Assembly (NCBI GenBank): GCA_964234715.1
Contig: OZ174276.1
Reading direction: 5' to 3' (one strand)
Length of the DNA: 64,000 nt
DNA from: Podarcis melisellensis
Taxonomy: Eukaryota
The position numbers and the translations under genes were made by a program. Numbering within the stretch: position 1 is the stretch's first letter; each line of letters opens with the position of its first letter. This document shows positions 48,394 to 59,370 of this stretch, piece by piece. The notes beneath the pieces are model-generated. The model was not told the origin of the DNA, searched no databases, and worked only from the letters and a program-made list of their open reading frames with translations.

Positions 48394-50850
48394 TCCTAGG
48401 GACACTGGTGCTACAGGTTCTACTGCCTAGCAGACCCACCTCTCTCTCTAATCAACTGCAACCTTTCCCCAGCCTGGTATGCTGAAAATGCTGTTGGATT
48501 CCAACTCCCAACAACCCTTCCCAGCATGACCAATGTCAGTTGAGCAGTGAGGGTTGCAGTCCAACAACATCAGGAGGACCACATGCTCCCCACCCTTTCC
48601 TGGTGGCAAACTCTTTCCCATGGGTGTTTCCAAAGATAGTTTATTTTTTAATCACCATGAGAAAAGCATACCAGGCAACATGATTGCTTCTCTTGCATGC
48701 CCTTGGTGGGTTTTCTGTTATGGTAAGAGGGGTAATGGGAAGGGCAGAGGAACTGCTAAGGTTGTCTCCCCATCACAGGAAGCAATACCTGAATTAGACA
48801 GAGATGACATTTCCCTCCGTGATTCAAACTATCAAAAATGAAGAATGTGAACTTTGCATCAACTTTTCTAGTTTCCCCTCCAGACTCCAAAGGAATGATC
48901 CACTTGGTACTATTATTAAAAGAGTAACGAATTTCAAAAGCAATCCATCAATCCTTATTTCAGCTATGGAGACAAATTTTGAGTAAGGTCAAGAAAGGAA
49001 GGTCAAACAGCATGTGACAGATCCTAAGAGGACCTAAGTGTGCCTTTCCATTTAAGGCATAACGAAAACAAAGGTTAATCAGCCACATTGCATTAAGATT
49101 TCAGAAAACATGCTTGCTTGAAAGGACACATTTAGCACACCAAAGGGGCCTCAGCCACTATAATGTACAACCACTGATGCATTAATACACCAGGATGGCA
49201 CTAGGATCTACAATTATACCTGCAGAATTTGGTTTGCAGCTACTATTCTGACACAGGGAGCTACAAAACGAGAAGTAAAGCAACTGCATTAAACAGTAAG
49301 CGACTATGCCAATGGGGAAGGGGGAGCTAGAAAAGAAGAAAAATGAGCACATCTGAAGGACAGCTTGTTTAATAGGTTCAATTATGTTCAGTACGTTCAA
49401 TGCAACTTGCTTCCAAGGGGCACAGTAATCCTAACCAAGGTGTGCCTGATCAGCGTAGCCACTGCTGCATTTGCAACCCCGCTGCTTATGCTGGCTGAGG
49501 CATAAGATAGTAGCAGAGGAAACTCTGCTCAGTGCGAGAAGAGTCTGGAGCAGGTGGAGTGATTGGTCCCAATGCTGGATTGGGTGGAATGTCGTCAAGT
49601 GTCAGCCGTGTACCCAGCTCAGGATACATTGGATTCCAGGCCAGCAAAACCACTCCTGCTCTCCTGAATGCTCTGTTGGGGGGCTTTCCTTGGATTACTG
49701 TTGATGAGAATATAACCTGCAGGAACTCCACCTGCCCATGCTTTCATTAGGCGGGACAGAGAGCTCCATATGGGAGGAGTGACACTGACATCACTAGGGG
49801 TGGAGCTCTTTATGAAGATGCCACCAGGTTGGTGATGTCTCTAACCACCTTATGTGACTTTATTCCTTTTTTATATTATGTTGAAAAACATATTTAAAAT
49901 TTTCCATGACCTCTGAAATTAAATGGAATGATAAGAATTTAGGACTCTGTATGGGAAGTGGGGGACAAAGTCAACCTGATGTTTCAGGGGGAAAGTTGGG
50001 TTTCACAGAACTAGAAGCCAAAGTATTTGATCGACCCTTTGGCACTGAACAACACTGACACAGACCTATGGGAACTGGAGTAGGTCTTAAATCAGCAACT
50101 GTACATAACAACCATGTACCACTTGCCAGTAAGAGAATGTAATCAGTGCTGGCATTTTTAGTTTGGTCACATCAACTGTGCACCAAAGCAGACACATTTC
50201 TAAATAAAGGGCACCCCACAATATGACTGACTGGAGCAAAATCATGTCTAAGTATTGGAATACACCATAACCCAAATTGTATGGGGAAGCCTGCATTAAA
50301 AAACACAAAACACCACCAAGCATGCAATTACAGTACTTATTTCACGAAACAGCTTGCATATTTCATGACATGTTGTTTGCAAGTTAGCTATTATAAAATC
50401 AAATGTAAATGATTTATTGAGGTAAGCAAATAGTCTTGTGGCGTTTGGAGAATTACTGTGAAAATGCAAAAAAAGAAAGAGAGAGAGAGAGAGCAAAGCC
50501 GGCTTCACTTGCTTACATCCTCAGACAAACAAGTGTCACTGAACTCTATTCACCAGTGTGCAGTTCTCCACACTAAGTAGCACAACCAGAAGTGCTCCCC
50601 CAAGATCTGCAGCTTTGTTGCCCTTGCAGAGCTTCAGAGCTTCATTTAACAACAGACCAGAACAAACACAGCTAAACAGAGCAAGGCATGAAAGTAAGAG
50701 GTCAGCATGAATCGATGCTGTGTGGTACGAAATCCCACTCAAGGGGCTAAGAGCAGAACCAGGATGGAGCTAATGAGGCCACCATTTGGGGTGCCTTGGC
50801 TGCAGGGAGAGTCTAACTATAACTACTAAAGTACAGAGGGCTCTGCTTAC

Positions 50851-51212
50851 CTGCTCGTGGTACTCAATCCCCATGCTGAGGGTATTGATCAGGATAGCTA
50901 TCATGATCCCACGGCCAAAGTACTTGCTATCTACAATCTTCCGAAACGTCTCACAAACCACCTTCCAGAAGGCTAGGAATTTTAAGGTGTTTCTTCCCCG
51001 AGCTTTCCAACGCTGAGGGTCCCTCTGATCTCTGTAGTGAGCGTCCTGAGTAAATTCATATACCCCGTCGCTGTCAGAATCTCCCACTTCATTGTCCACC
51101 AGCTCTGGATCGTTAGCCAAGGTCTTCATGCAGTATGGACAACTATCTGGGTTGCAAGTATTGTTGGGTTTCCCAGACTGGCTGGAAATCTTGCAGGAAC
51201 TTTGACAAGCAC
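50851..51212 (-). CDS. CACNA1G: Cav3.1 exon 9 equivalent (362 nt): distal I-II loop and IIS1
   Basis: ttcag|GT GCT TGT...GAG CAG|gtaagc; [11 protein letters not shown]...[14 protein letters not shown]...[32 protein letters not shown]. Confidence 0.97.
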
Positions 51213-52925
51213 CTGAAACAGGGACAAAGAAAACCATACCCTCTGTTATTTCACTAAAAATCTTGGAAATCTCTTTCTGGAGCAGCCGAACAATGTCGGT
51301 GTTTTTGTAAGTTCAATAATTTCACACCAGATGTATGTGGAGAACCTCTGCCCCGTTTGAGTGGTTGTCTCCAACCAATGCAAAAACAGTATGCGTGTAT
51401 AACTTTTACCATGGCTAGAACAACATTTGAACCATAATTTTTGACTATCTATTGAACCTGAATCAAGACCCTTACTAAGAGATTGATAAGAGGGAGGATA
51501 CATTAGATTCTAAAAACCTGGTGATTTTTGATGCTAAGCATCAGCCTGCCCCCTGCATTCTCCAGCATGTTGTCAGAAAGGTCAGTCCCAATTTAATGAG
51601 AAGAGAATTGAGGGGCACAAGTCAAAGAGAGCAAGAGGTGGGAGGATGGGAAAACACAGAAGTGGGACATCAAATGAGCCAGAGGGGCCCTTTCAGGAAT
51701 GGCTTAAACAGTCTCTGTTGAGAAAACTAGATCAAGTGCTGCATATATGTTGCAACTGAAAAAGGAGCTACATTCCAGTTTCTCCTTCCTCTTCCATAGC
51801 TTCTAGAACTCGCTGCCAGGTATGAGATCCCAAGGGACCTTGTTTTACTGTCATTCCCTCCCCAGCAATTGTCAGCCAATGATTTGGAGGGCTGTGACAC
51901 AAGTTAAGTTCTGCTAGATATTACAGGTAGGGGAACTACCAGACACAATTTCACTTGCAGGCAATGTGTTTGCTGTCACTTCTGCTTACATCCCGGGGTT
52001 CCGCCACTAGCGAGGAAACATGCACCAGCCAGTAAGCTATTATAATGAATGCAGGCAAGGTTTCATTTGAAAGAAGCTTTGTGCAGAAATTAGGCCTGTT
52101 CTGCTGCTTCTTTAAAAATCTCCATCGGTCAGAATTCAGAAGCAACTCATGCAACTAATAGCAAGAGACCCATAAATGGCTACCATCCTACCTATGAGGA
52201 TGCTTTAGGTGTCTCAGCCTGATTCAGCACAAATAGCAGGATTATGTTGTAGAATTTAGGTATCACAGTGAAGTGTGTGCGTGCATGTGAGCTGCCAGAG
52301 ATGATGGCCCAGTTTCAACTAGCCCAGCGTGCTAGCAGAAGCCTGTGCAGGGGCTCACACCAACACAACAGGGCTCACCTCCTCTCCTCCCCCCATGCAC
52401 CACCACACCTCCCCCAGATCTGGTCTGGAGGTTTGGGAGAACAACTGAGAAGAGAGCACAGGGCTAGGAGAAGGAAAGATCATCGCACCTGGCAAGCAGA
52501 ATTCTTGTACTGGTGTAACAATCATAAGAGTATGATGTTCAATTCCTCCCAGTGGTCTGGACACCATTTTCCCATAGGGCCATTGTTTTTGAAAAGCATC
52601 TTCCAAAATACAATTCTGCAAAAGGAATCTGGAAACTCCTCAAAATGTTGAAACTTAAAAATGCTCTCCAACCTAATTTCTGTTGCGTTTTCTTCAAACA
52701 GAAGCTTCAGTGGTGTACATATAAACTGGGCAAGTATTTCCCTATGGAGCAAGACCTATGAGGTCAGAATTGTCAGCTCTCATCACTGCAACCCAACACC
52801 CTTCATAACAACACAGCATGCTCTATGTTTTGTGATATGCTGATTTAAGACGGCCTTTCGTTTTTCATACTCTAAAGCTAAGAGGAGGAGGTAAAGACAC
52901 TAAAACATTTATGTGTTTATATATA

Positions 52926-53005
52926 CAGAGTGAGTCCTTTAAAAGAGGCCCCATGGATACAGAGTACATGTGTTCCACGGGGCCCCTTTTAAAAGACTCA
53001 GCCTA
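52926..53005. repeat. ~80-bp hairpin (tiny TA-flanked mariner-type MITE)
   Basis: CAGAGTGAGTCCTTTAAAAGAGGCCCCATGGA pairs with TCCACGGGGCCCCTTTTAAAAGACTCA; embedded in TA runs on both sides. Confidence 0.75.
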
Positions 53006-53104
53006 TATATAGCTATAGGACATGCACACACACACAGTTGACACAGTTTATCCTATTATATCTCACCTCCTTAAGCTCATGACCTAAGAGCAGATAGGAT
53101 ACTT

Positions 53105-53105
<1 letters not shown>

Positions 53106-53139
<34 letters not shown>
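53106..53139. repeat. (GT)n microsatellite
   Basis: Direct read. Confidence 0.95.
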
Positions 53140-53144
<5 letters not shown>

Positions 53145-53219
53145 CCTTTGAATTTCTTCACTTTATCACCTATACAAAAGAAGAAAATCCATTATACTGC
53201 TCATTTCCACATCCTAATT

Positions 53220-53478
53220 TATTGGAAGGACAGATCCTGAAGCTGAGGCTCCAATACTCTGGCCACCTCATGAGAAGAGAAGACTCCCTGGAGTCTGATG
53301 TTGGGAAAGATTGAGGCCACAAGAAGAAGGGGACGACAGAGGATGAGATGGTTGGACAGTGTTATCGAAGCTACTAATATGAGTTTGACCGAACTGCAGG
53401 AGGCAGTGGAAGACAGGTGTGCTCTGGTCCATGGGGTCACGAAGAGTCGGACACGACTAAACGACTAAACAACAACAA
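53220..53478 (+). mobile_element. Bov-B (RTE clade) LINE 3' fragment, 5'-truncated
   Basis: Encodes LEGQILKLRLQYSGHLMRREDSLE, then ...LGKIEATRRRGRQRMRWLD (typical RTE C-terminus). Ends GGGGTCACGAAGAGTCGGACACGACT followed by (CAA)n. Confidence 0.92.
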
Positions 53479-54691
53479 TTGCTAAGCCACGAATGTCTGC
53501 TAACTAACTTTGAAGATGAAAAAGAGAGAGAAAAGAATGAGTGACAGCTGTCCACTGCCAAGAGTTCACAGTCACCTCATTACACATTTGGCTATTAAGT
53601 TAAAACAAAAAGCAATCAGCTCTTCTGGCACCTGGAATATTAGGAGCTGTAATTAGAGACAAGCACTGCAGCCAGCAAGCTGCTTGGGTGTTCCTGCTGT
53701 TTGCTGATACTTCAGCATTAACAACTTCCCCCTAAATATATCATTCTCAAATCATTTCTCGCAATGGCTGAGGCCAGCTGACAGATGGTACCCCACCAGA
53801 CGACAAGGATACAAAGAGTCTCCCCTTTGTGCTGGCTATGGTGGAATGAAGAGTTTGTCTCCAGAATGTACCTCTGACCCAGTTGTAATGTCTCTCTCAT
53901 TTCGAAGCCAGCAGGGGAAACTCCCATGGCTGATATAAGGCAGATAATAAGATTTTGACTACCTGGCCCTACACCGCATCACATCCAGACAGTTTTTTCT
54001 TATGGATCTCTCTAATGGCAAACATCATGTTCTGCTCATGTGTTAAAGGGGAAAACATCATACACATCTGCATATATACTCACAGGTGTGTGCCTGCCTA
54101 CCAAAACATATCATGTTCAGAAAGAGCAGCTCTTACAAGTTACATAATGTGCAGCCTGATCCTATGCATGCTTGTTTGAAAGCAAGTCCCACTGTGCTCA
54201 GTTGGGTTGGCTGCAGTGCACTCCCAGGTAAGTGTGCTTAAGACTGCAGCCTAAGAGGTCACCTTCCTAAGAAGTTAAGGAAGAATGACCAAGTCATCAG
54301 ACTGTTCCTCACTGTTATGAAAGAAAATGGACATAGGCAGGAAACAGATGCAAAGACAAATTCACTCTCTGAGTACAAAGCCCTGAATATTTGCACATTT
54401 GCAATGACATGCATCAGGGATCGGGAGCCTATAGCCTACAGGTGTTGTTGGACTCCAGTAACCATCGGTCCCAGCCAGCATACATACATGAACAAAGTTC
54501 TTGCTTTCCTCTCTCATTGCTTTTAGACAAATATTAAGGCAACGGCAACTCTCAGAATGATGGAATGACTGCTCCAACTAAATAGGAGGCCTACCAGTCA
54601 CCACCTTGACATAATGTGTCCTGCAGATGGAGAAAGTATGGAAACAGCACTTCTGTCCCTAACACATAGGCCCAGAGAAGGATGTTTAGAG

Positions 54692-54848
54692 CAGTGGTCT
54701 TTAACTGGTGGCTTAGGGCCTGGTTTTAGGTGGGTCATAACAGCAGCATGGCCCCCATACAAATATGTGGTTAAAAATTAATTAAGGTCCTCAAATGAAT
54801 ATTTGGGTTAAAGGTGGGTCCCTCGTCTGAAAAGGCTGAAGACTGCTG
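54692..54848. mobile_element. hAT/Charlie-like MITE
   Basis: TIRs CAGTGGTCTTTAAC / GCTGAAGACTGCTG; flanks GTTTAGAG / ACTTAGAG resemble a decayed 8-bp NTCTAGAN-type TSD. Confidence 0.65.
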
Positions 54849-55287
54849 ACTTAGAGCAGGTGGGTCAGGTCTGGAATGCTTTCTTCATAACATTCATTTT
54901 TCTCTCCATCTTACTGAGGGGCACAGAACAGCTGACTTGCTATCAACACAAATTTGCTTAACATGCTACTTTGTTACAACCAATTTGAAAAAAATAAAGC
55001 TCTATCTTTTCATTCTCTGCCCCCATTTCATGTTTTCCAGTGGGGCAGGTTGGGAGGAGGTAATTGACACACCCAAAACGAATTATTTCCGATGAATGGG
55101 TTTTGTTAGAACCTTATAAACTAACTTCTGTCTTAGTTCTGAACTGAGGACAACCCAAATCATCCCGAATCTCACCTGACCCTAATTAATGGCAGCCCTG
55201 CCTGGAAAGGTAAGTTAGGGATGAACAGCGGCTTTGCCTTCCATCTAGGTGATATCTTAGTGGCTGACACTCTACCCAAACACTTAC

Positions 55288-56086
55288 CAGTGCTCTGTGT
55301 CTCCAGTAGCTTCTGCATTGGACTATACGGTCCCGGGGGGATATTAAGGTTCATCAGGGTGCTGGCCCCAGGGTTCAATGTGGGCTCTGCTAAACCTTTT
55401 TCTTTCAGCAGTTCATGGGAGTTACTTGGGTGTACAGTAGGGTAGACCTTGCTGCCAACCACAGTCCTGGGAAGCACCTCTGGTCCCGGTAAGCTGAGAC
55501 CAGGCTGAGGCGGGAGAGATGATCTGCAGCGAATGGGCTCAAAATGACAGTCTGCATGGTAGATGCTGTGAACGGACTCAGCGTTGCTGGCAGTGGGGTG
55601 AGGATTGGCTGTTGGAGGGAGCATCAGCCTATTTGCACCATTGTGAAGCGAGCTGGTTTCAACGTCGCTGATTTCAGGGCTGGCGCGCGGTGCCTGAAGG
55701 CTTCCATTGCCCAGGTGATAGTGGTGGTGGTGGTGATGGTGGTGGTGAATGAGATGATGCACCAAGGACCTTTTCCGCGGCCGGTGTTTGCACGGCTGCC
55801 GCTCTGCACTGCCCTTGCTACCCGGGCTGGAGAGAAACCCCATCCTCACCCCTGTGGTTCGGTAGACCTCCACCAGTTGCTTGCTGGCCTTACGGAGGAC
55901 GTAGACGAGATATTTGAGGAGTTCGTCATAGCAGCTCCCCGGCTCTGAGAAGCTGGCCAGAGTGCTAGCATTGGAGAGGTAGCGGATTCGCTGCTCCTTC
56001 ATCAGCTGGCTCTCCCGCTGCTTAGTCTCCGAGAACTGAGTTGCTATGACCACTAAGCAGAGGTTTATCATGAAGAAAGAGCCCAC
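55288..56086 (-). CDS. CACNA1G: Cav3.1 exon 8 equivalent (799 nt): end of IS6, gating brake, poly-His I-II loop
   Basis: tacag|GTG GGC...ACT G|gtaagt; [25 protein letters not shown]...[19 protein letters not shown]...[15 protein letters not shown]...[10 protein letters not shown] run of 9 His codons lies at 55721-55747. Confidence 0.97.
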
Positions 56087-58476
56087 CTGTAAGGGAAGGA
56101 GGGATGTGTCAGTTTTCCTACACCCAGGGAAGAAGCCTGAAGCAAGTGTGACAGAGAGTCATTTAAAAAAATCTTCAAAACAAGCAAACCACCACCATTG
56201 CCCTGATACAACACTAGGTCATGTGGTCCAACAGTGGCAGAGCCAGTGTTAATGGGAAACCCCAAGAAACTGTTGGAAAACTTGTCACCTTGGAAAAATG
56301 GTCCTCTTCTCTCCCCCCCCCCCATCAGTATACAAATAGTGGGCAATTTCAAGCGACACTCTGCTCACAGTTCTATTCAAAACCAACTTAAAAAGACCAA
56401 ACAAGTATTATCTCATCACACGATGAAAAACAAAACTCTGACATCAAATCTCTTAATCGTCTGCCCTCAATACTATGGTCTGAAGGGCACAAGATAATCC
56501 GGCATGGGGTCTGGTCAGTGCCTGGAAGGAATACTTATTGGGACTAACAAGTGGACAAACTTAATAGGTTTGGATCCAGATTTAAGTTGATTCCCTTTGA
56601 TTTCAATGGGAGTTGAAGTCATGAATAACTGGTCCCATTGACTAACTGATTCCTGCCTCCATGACTGCCTGCCTGCACTGCTCATTTGCTTCCTCACACT
56701 GCTTCTGGGTCCATGGAGGAGAGGTCACGGCAAGTGGAGGTTGCTCCTCCTTCTCTTCCCTCTTGTAACTGCTCCTATGCTTGGTGAGGGCAGGTGAACA
56801 GAGGATAGTGACACCAGAAAGCAGACACAGGGTGAAGGTGTTGCAGGGGCCATCAGGGAGCCCTTTGCTAAGCTACAGGCCTTGGCAACTGCCCAATAAT
56901 GCCAACTCCTGACACCGATCCAAGCTGTCTCCTTTTGTAAGTCTACAGCTCTGTTATCCAGAGGTGGTGTGCTTATGTATACGAAACTACACTGATGTTC
57001 TCAGCCTCAGGAGTCACTCAGGAAGTGCACCTGTGTCTAAAAATCACAATATGGGAAGTAGCTGACAACAAAGGCTAGTGTCATGTAATACAAAACATAG
57101 CCCCAAATCCCGTCCCAGTCAAGAGCAGTCATCATCACATTCTGTGTCTGACTCACACGGGGTGGATATTCCCTGCCCTGTTCTTTTCTTTCCTTCCACG
57201 TCAAAGACTCTCAAGCTTCCTCACCTCAGGGACACCCACTCCTCAGTCCCGCAGATGACACAAAGAGCTCAAAGAAGAAGGGAGATTTATTGTGACTTAG
57301 AAGGGTTTCTCTAATTTTTGCTTCCCGGTAGTCAGCGCTTACTTATTATCACAATTAAGTAGCATTTCTTTCTCCCATGCATTTACTTTTCAGGACAGAT
57401 TTTTCCCTTGTAGAGAGGATTGGCAGCTTTGCAAACAGATCTCCCGCTTTGTTAACTGGAATTGCAGAGAGGCTGTAACCCAACTAAAGCAGCTGTCTGC
57501 AGCAAAAGATTGGATATTTTACTCTGAAACAGTCTTTTCATCAGGCTGCATTTTCAGGAGATCATGATCATCATTCAGCTTTGAAAAGGACTTAGTAACT
57601 AGCCTCCTCTCCTGGCTACCGTATACCTTCAGATATACGATCCATGCATGTCACCTGAGCAGCAGGAAGATGCTGATTCATTTTCCCTTTCATTGTCATC
57701 AAGGAGGAAAGGAAACATACAATCTGTTCATACCCCACATGCTTATGAGACTGCAAGTCAGTGCACCTTGCAGCCATTTAGGTATGATTAAATATCCATC
57801 TCAGCCTAAGGAATCTAGAATGATCTTAGCAAGCTGACCTCTAAGTGTGTTTATGGTGCCTAAGACCAAGTCACCTTGTTTCTGATCAAAACAGAACAAA
57901 TTGTTCCGGGGTTTATAAACATATAAATGTTTTTTATCCATGTGTGCTATCACCTGTAATACTATGGGGTGTATCTGTGTATCTGGGCCACCGCCCAGCT
58001 AAAGTTAAGCATTTTTCTGTTCCACTGATTTCAACGCGAGTTAAACATGTGCTAACTCCTGCCACTGAAATCATATGACAAAAGTACTTAGCCTTGGCTG
58101 AATCATGTAAATAATGTTTATGCTGGCCTCAGATGTTGCAAAATGCCTTTTGAAGCAGAATGCCATGTGTATGCTATGCTGCAAATCAACAAACACCTCA
58201 TGCCTCATTGCTTTCCATTACTTTCTTCTTACTACCCGTAGACCTTCACTATCACTTTAGTCAGTCGGTGCTCTCATTTGCCACATCTCTCTCTTGCGCA
58301 CAAGAGACACAGGGAGGGAAGTTGGAACGCATCCTTTGCTAATGGGCTACCATCTCTCTCAGGCTTCGCTTATAACTCTCCTTTCCTCTGTCCGCCCCCC
58401 CCCCGCCTGTTTCTTTCCCTTATAACTCTTGAGTGCAACACCTCTGGTTGCCATGAAGACTAGAGAGATAACTCAC

Positions 58477-58569
58477 AATGATCAGGAGAATGAAATATAT
58501 GAAGTTGTAGAACGAATGAGCATCCATGACAAAGTACATAATATCTACCCAGCCCTCCAGAGTGATGAC
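58477..58569 (-). CDS. CACNA1G: Cav3.1 exon 7 equivalent (93 nt): domain I selectivity filter and start of IS6
   Basis: tacag|GTC ATC ACT...ATC ATT|gtgagt; [31 protein letters not shown], with the filter Glu in TLEGW. Not in the ORF track. Confidence 0.97.
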
Positions 58570-58973
58570 CTGTAGGCAAGAGAAAAGGAAAAGAAAGGCA
58601 TCAGTTAGCTTGTACCAGCGGATGCAGGTATCTCAAGGATAGGAAGCACGGGCAAGCATCTATGGATGTTCAAGAAGATACACCAGTGCTATTACTTATA
58701 CTAGGTCATCTGTCAGATCTCCTAACACAAAGGCTATGAAATCACTAAAGAATGACAAAACCCCAAAGTAAAAAAATCATTTCATACAAGTGTCAACCCC
58801 ATGCTTGATAGAACTGAAGAATAACAACTGGCGATTCTCAACCACAAATTATTCTTCTTTGCATATAAAAAATTACTTCGGGACAAGAATAAAGGTTGAC
58901 CTAGCTTTCCCTGTCACTGAAGGATAGCCTGTTGATACAGCAAGCTTGGAGTCAGTTGAGTCCCTTTGTTCAC

Positions 58974-59265
58974 CTGAAATATTGCAATCCATGCATATCC
59001 AATGTTATCGAAATTGATTGCTCCTTTGAAAGGGTTGTGCTCCCCTGCAGAGCAGTTTGTGTAATACTGGTTCCAGTTGACACAAGAGGTGTTCGTGGTG
59101 TCGTTGTAGGAATAATAGTCCAAGGTGCATTGCAGACCTTCTTCCCTCCTTGTTGGGATGTCGCGACAGTAACGCATCCCATTCTCTCGAGGCTGAGAGC
59201 AGATAAAAGGGCTTTCATCTTCATTCTCTGTCTGGTAGTAGGGTTCCACCTCGATTGTGTAAGGG
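58974..59265 (-). CDS. CACNA1G: Cav3.1 exon 6 equivalent (292 nt): domain I extracellular turret and P1 helix
   Basis: tttaag|C CCT TAC...TTT CAG|gtgaac; [34 protein letters not shown]...[59 protein letters not shown] fits Cav3.1 rather than Cav3.2 or Cav3.3. Confidence 0.97.
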
Positions 59266-59308
59266 CTTAAAGGAAACAGAAAAGTGCAGGTTAAATACCC
59301 AGTATCAG

Positions 59309-59309
<1 letters not shown>

Positions 59310-59370
<61 letters not shown>
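59310..59370. repeat. Compound (CT)n(GT)n microsatellite just upstream of the exon 6 acceptor
   Basis: Direct read. Confidence 0.95.

Noticed and set aside
49422-49701. Overlapping ORFs on both strands bounded by a 10-bp inverted repeat ACAGTAATCC/GGATTACTGT
   Set aside because: Probably an old non-autonomous DNA transposon. The ORFs have no recognisable protein features, and the evidence is too weak to list as a feature.
55544-55948. 134-aa plus-strand ORF, and similar ORFs at 14995-15246, 16499-16768, 50786-51016, 58932-59270, 5170-5418 and 61919-62233
   Set aside because: These are antisense shadows of CACNA1G exons. Their sequence is explained by the minus-strand codons, and they show no independent coding signal.
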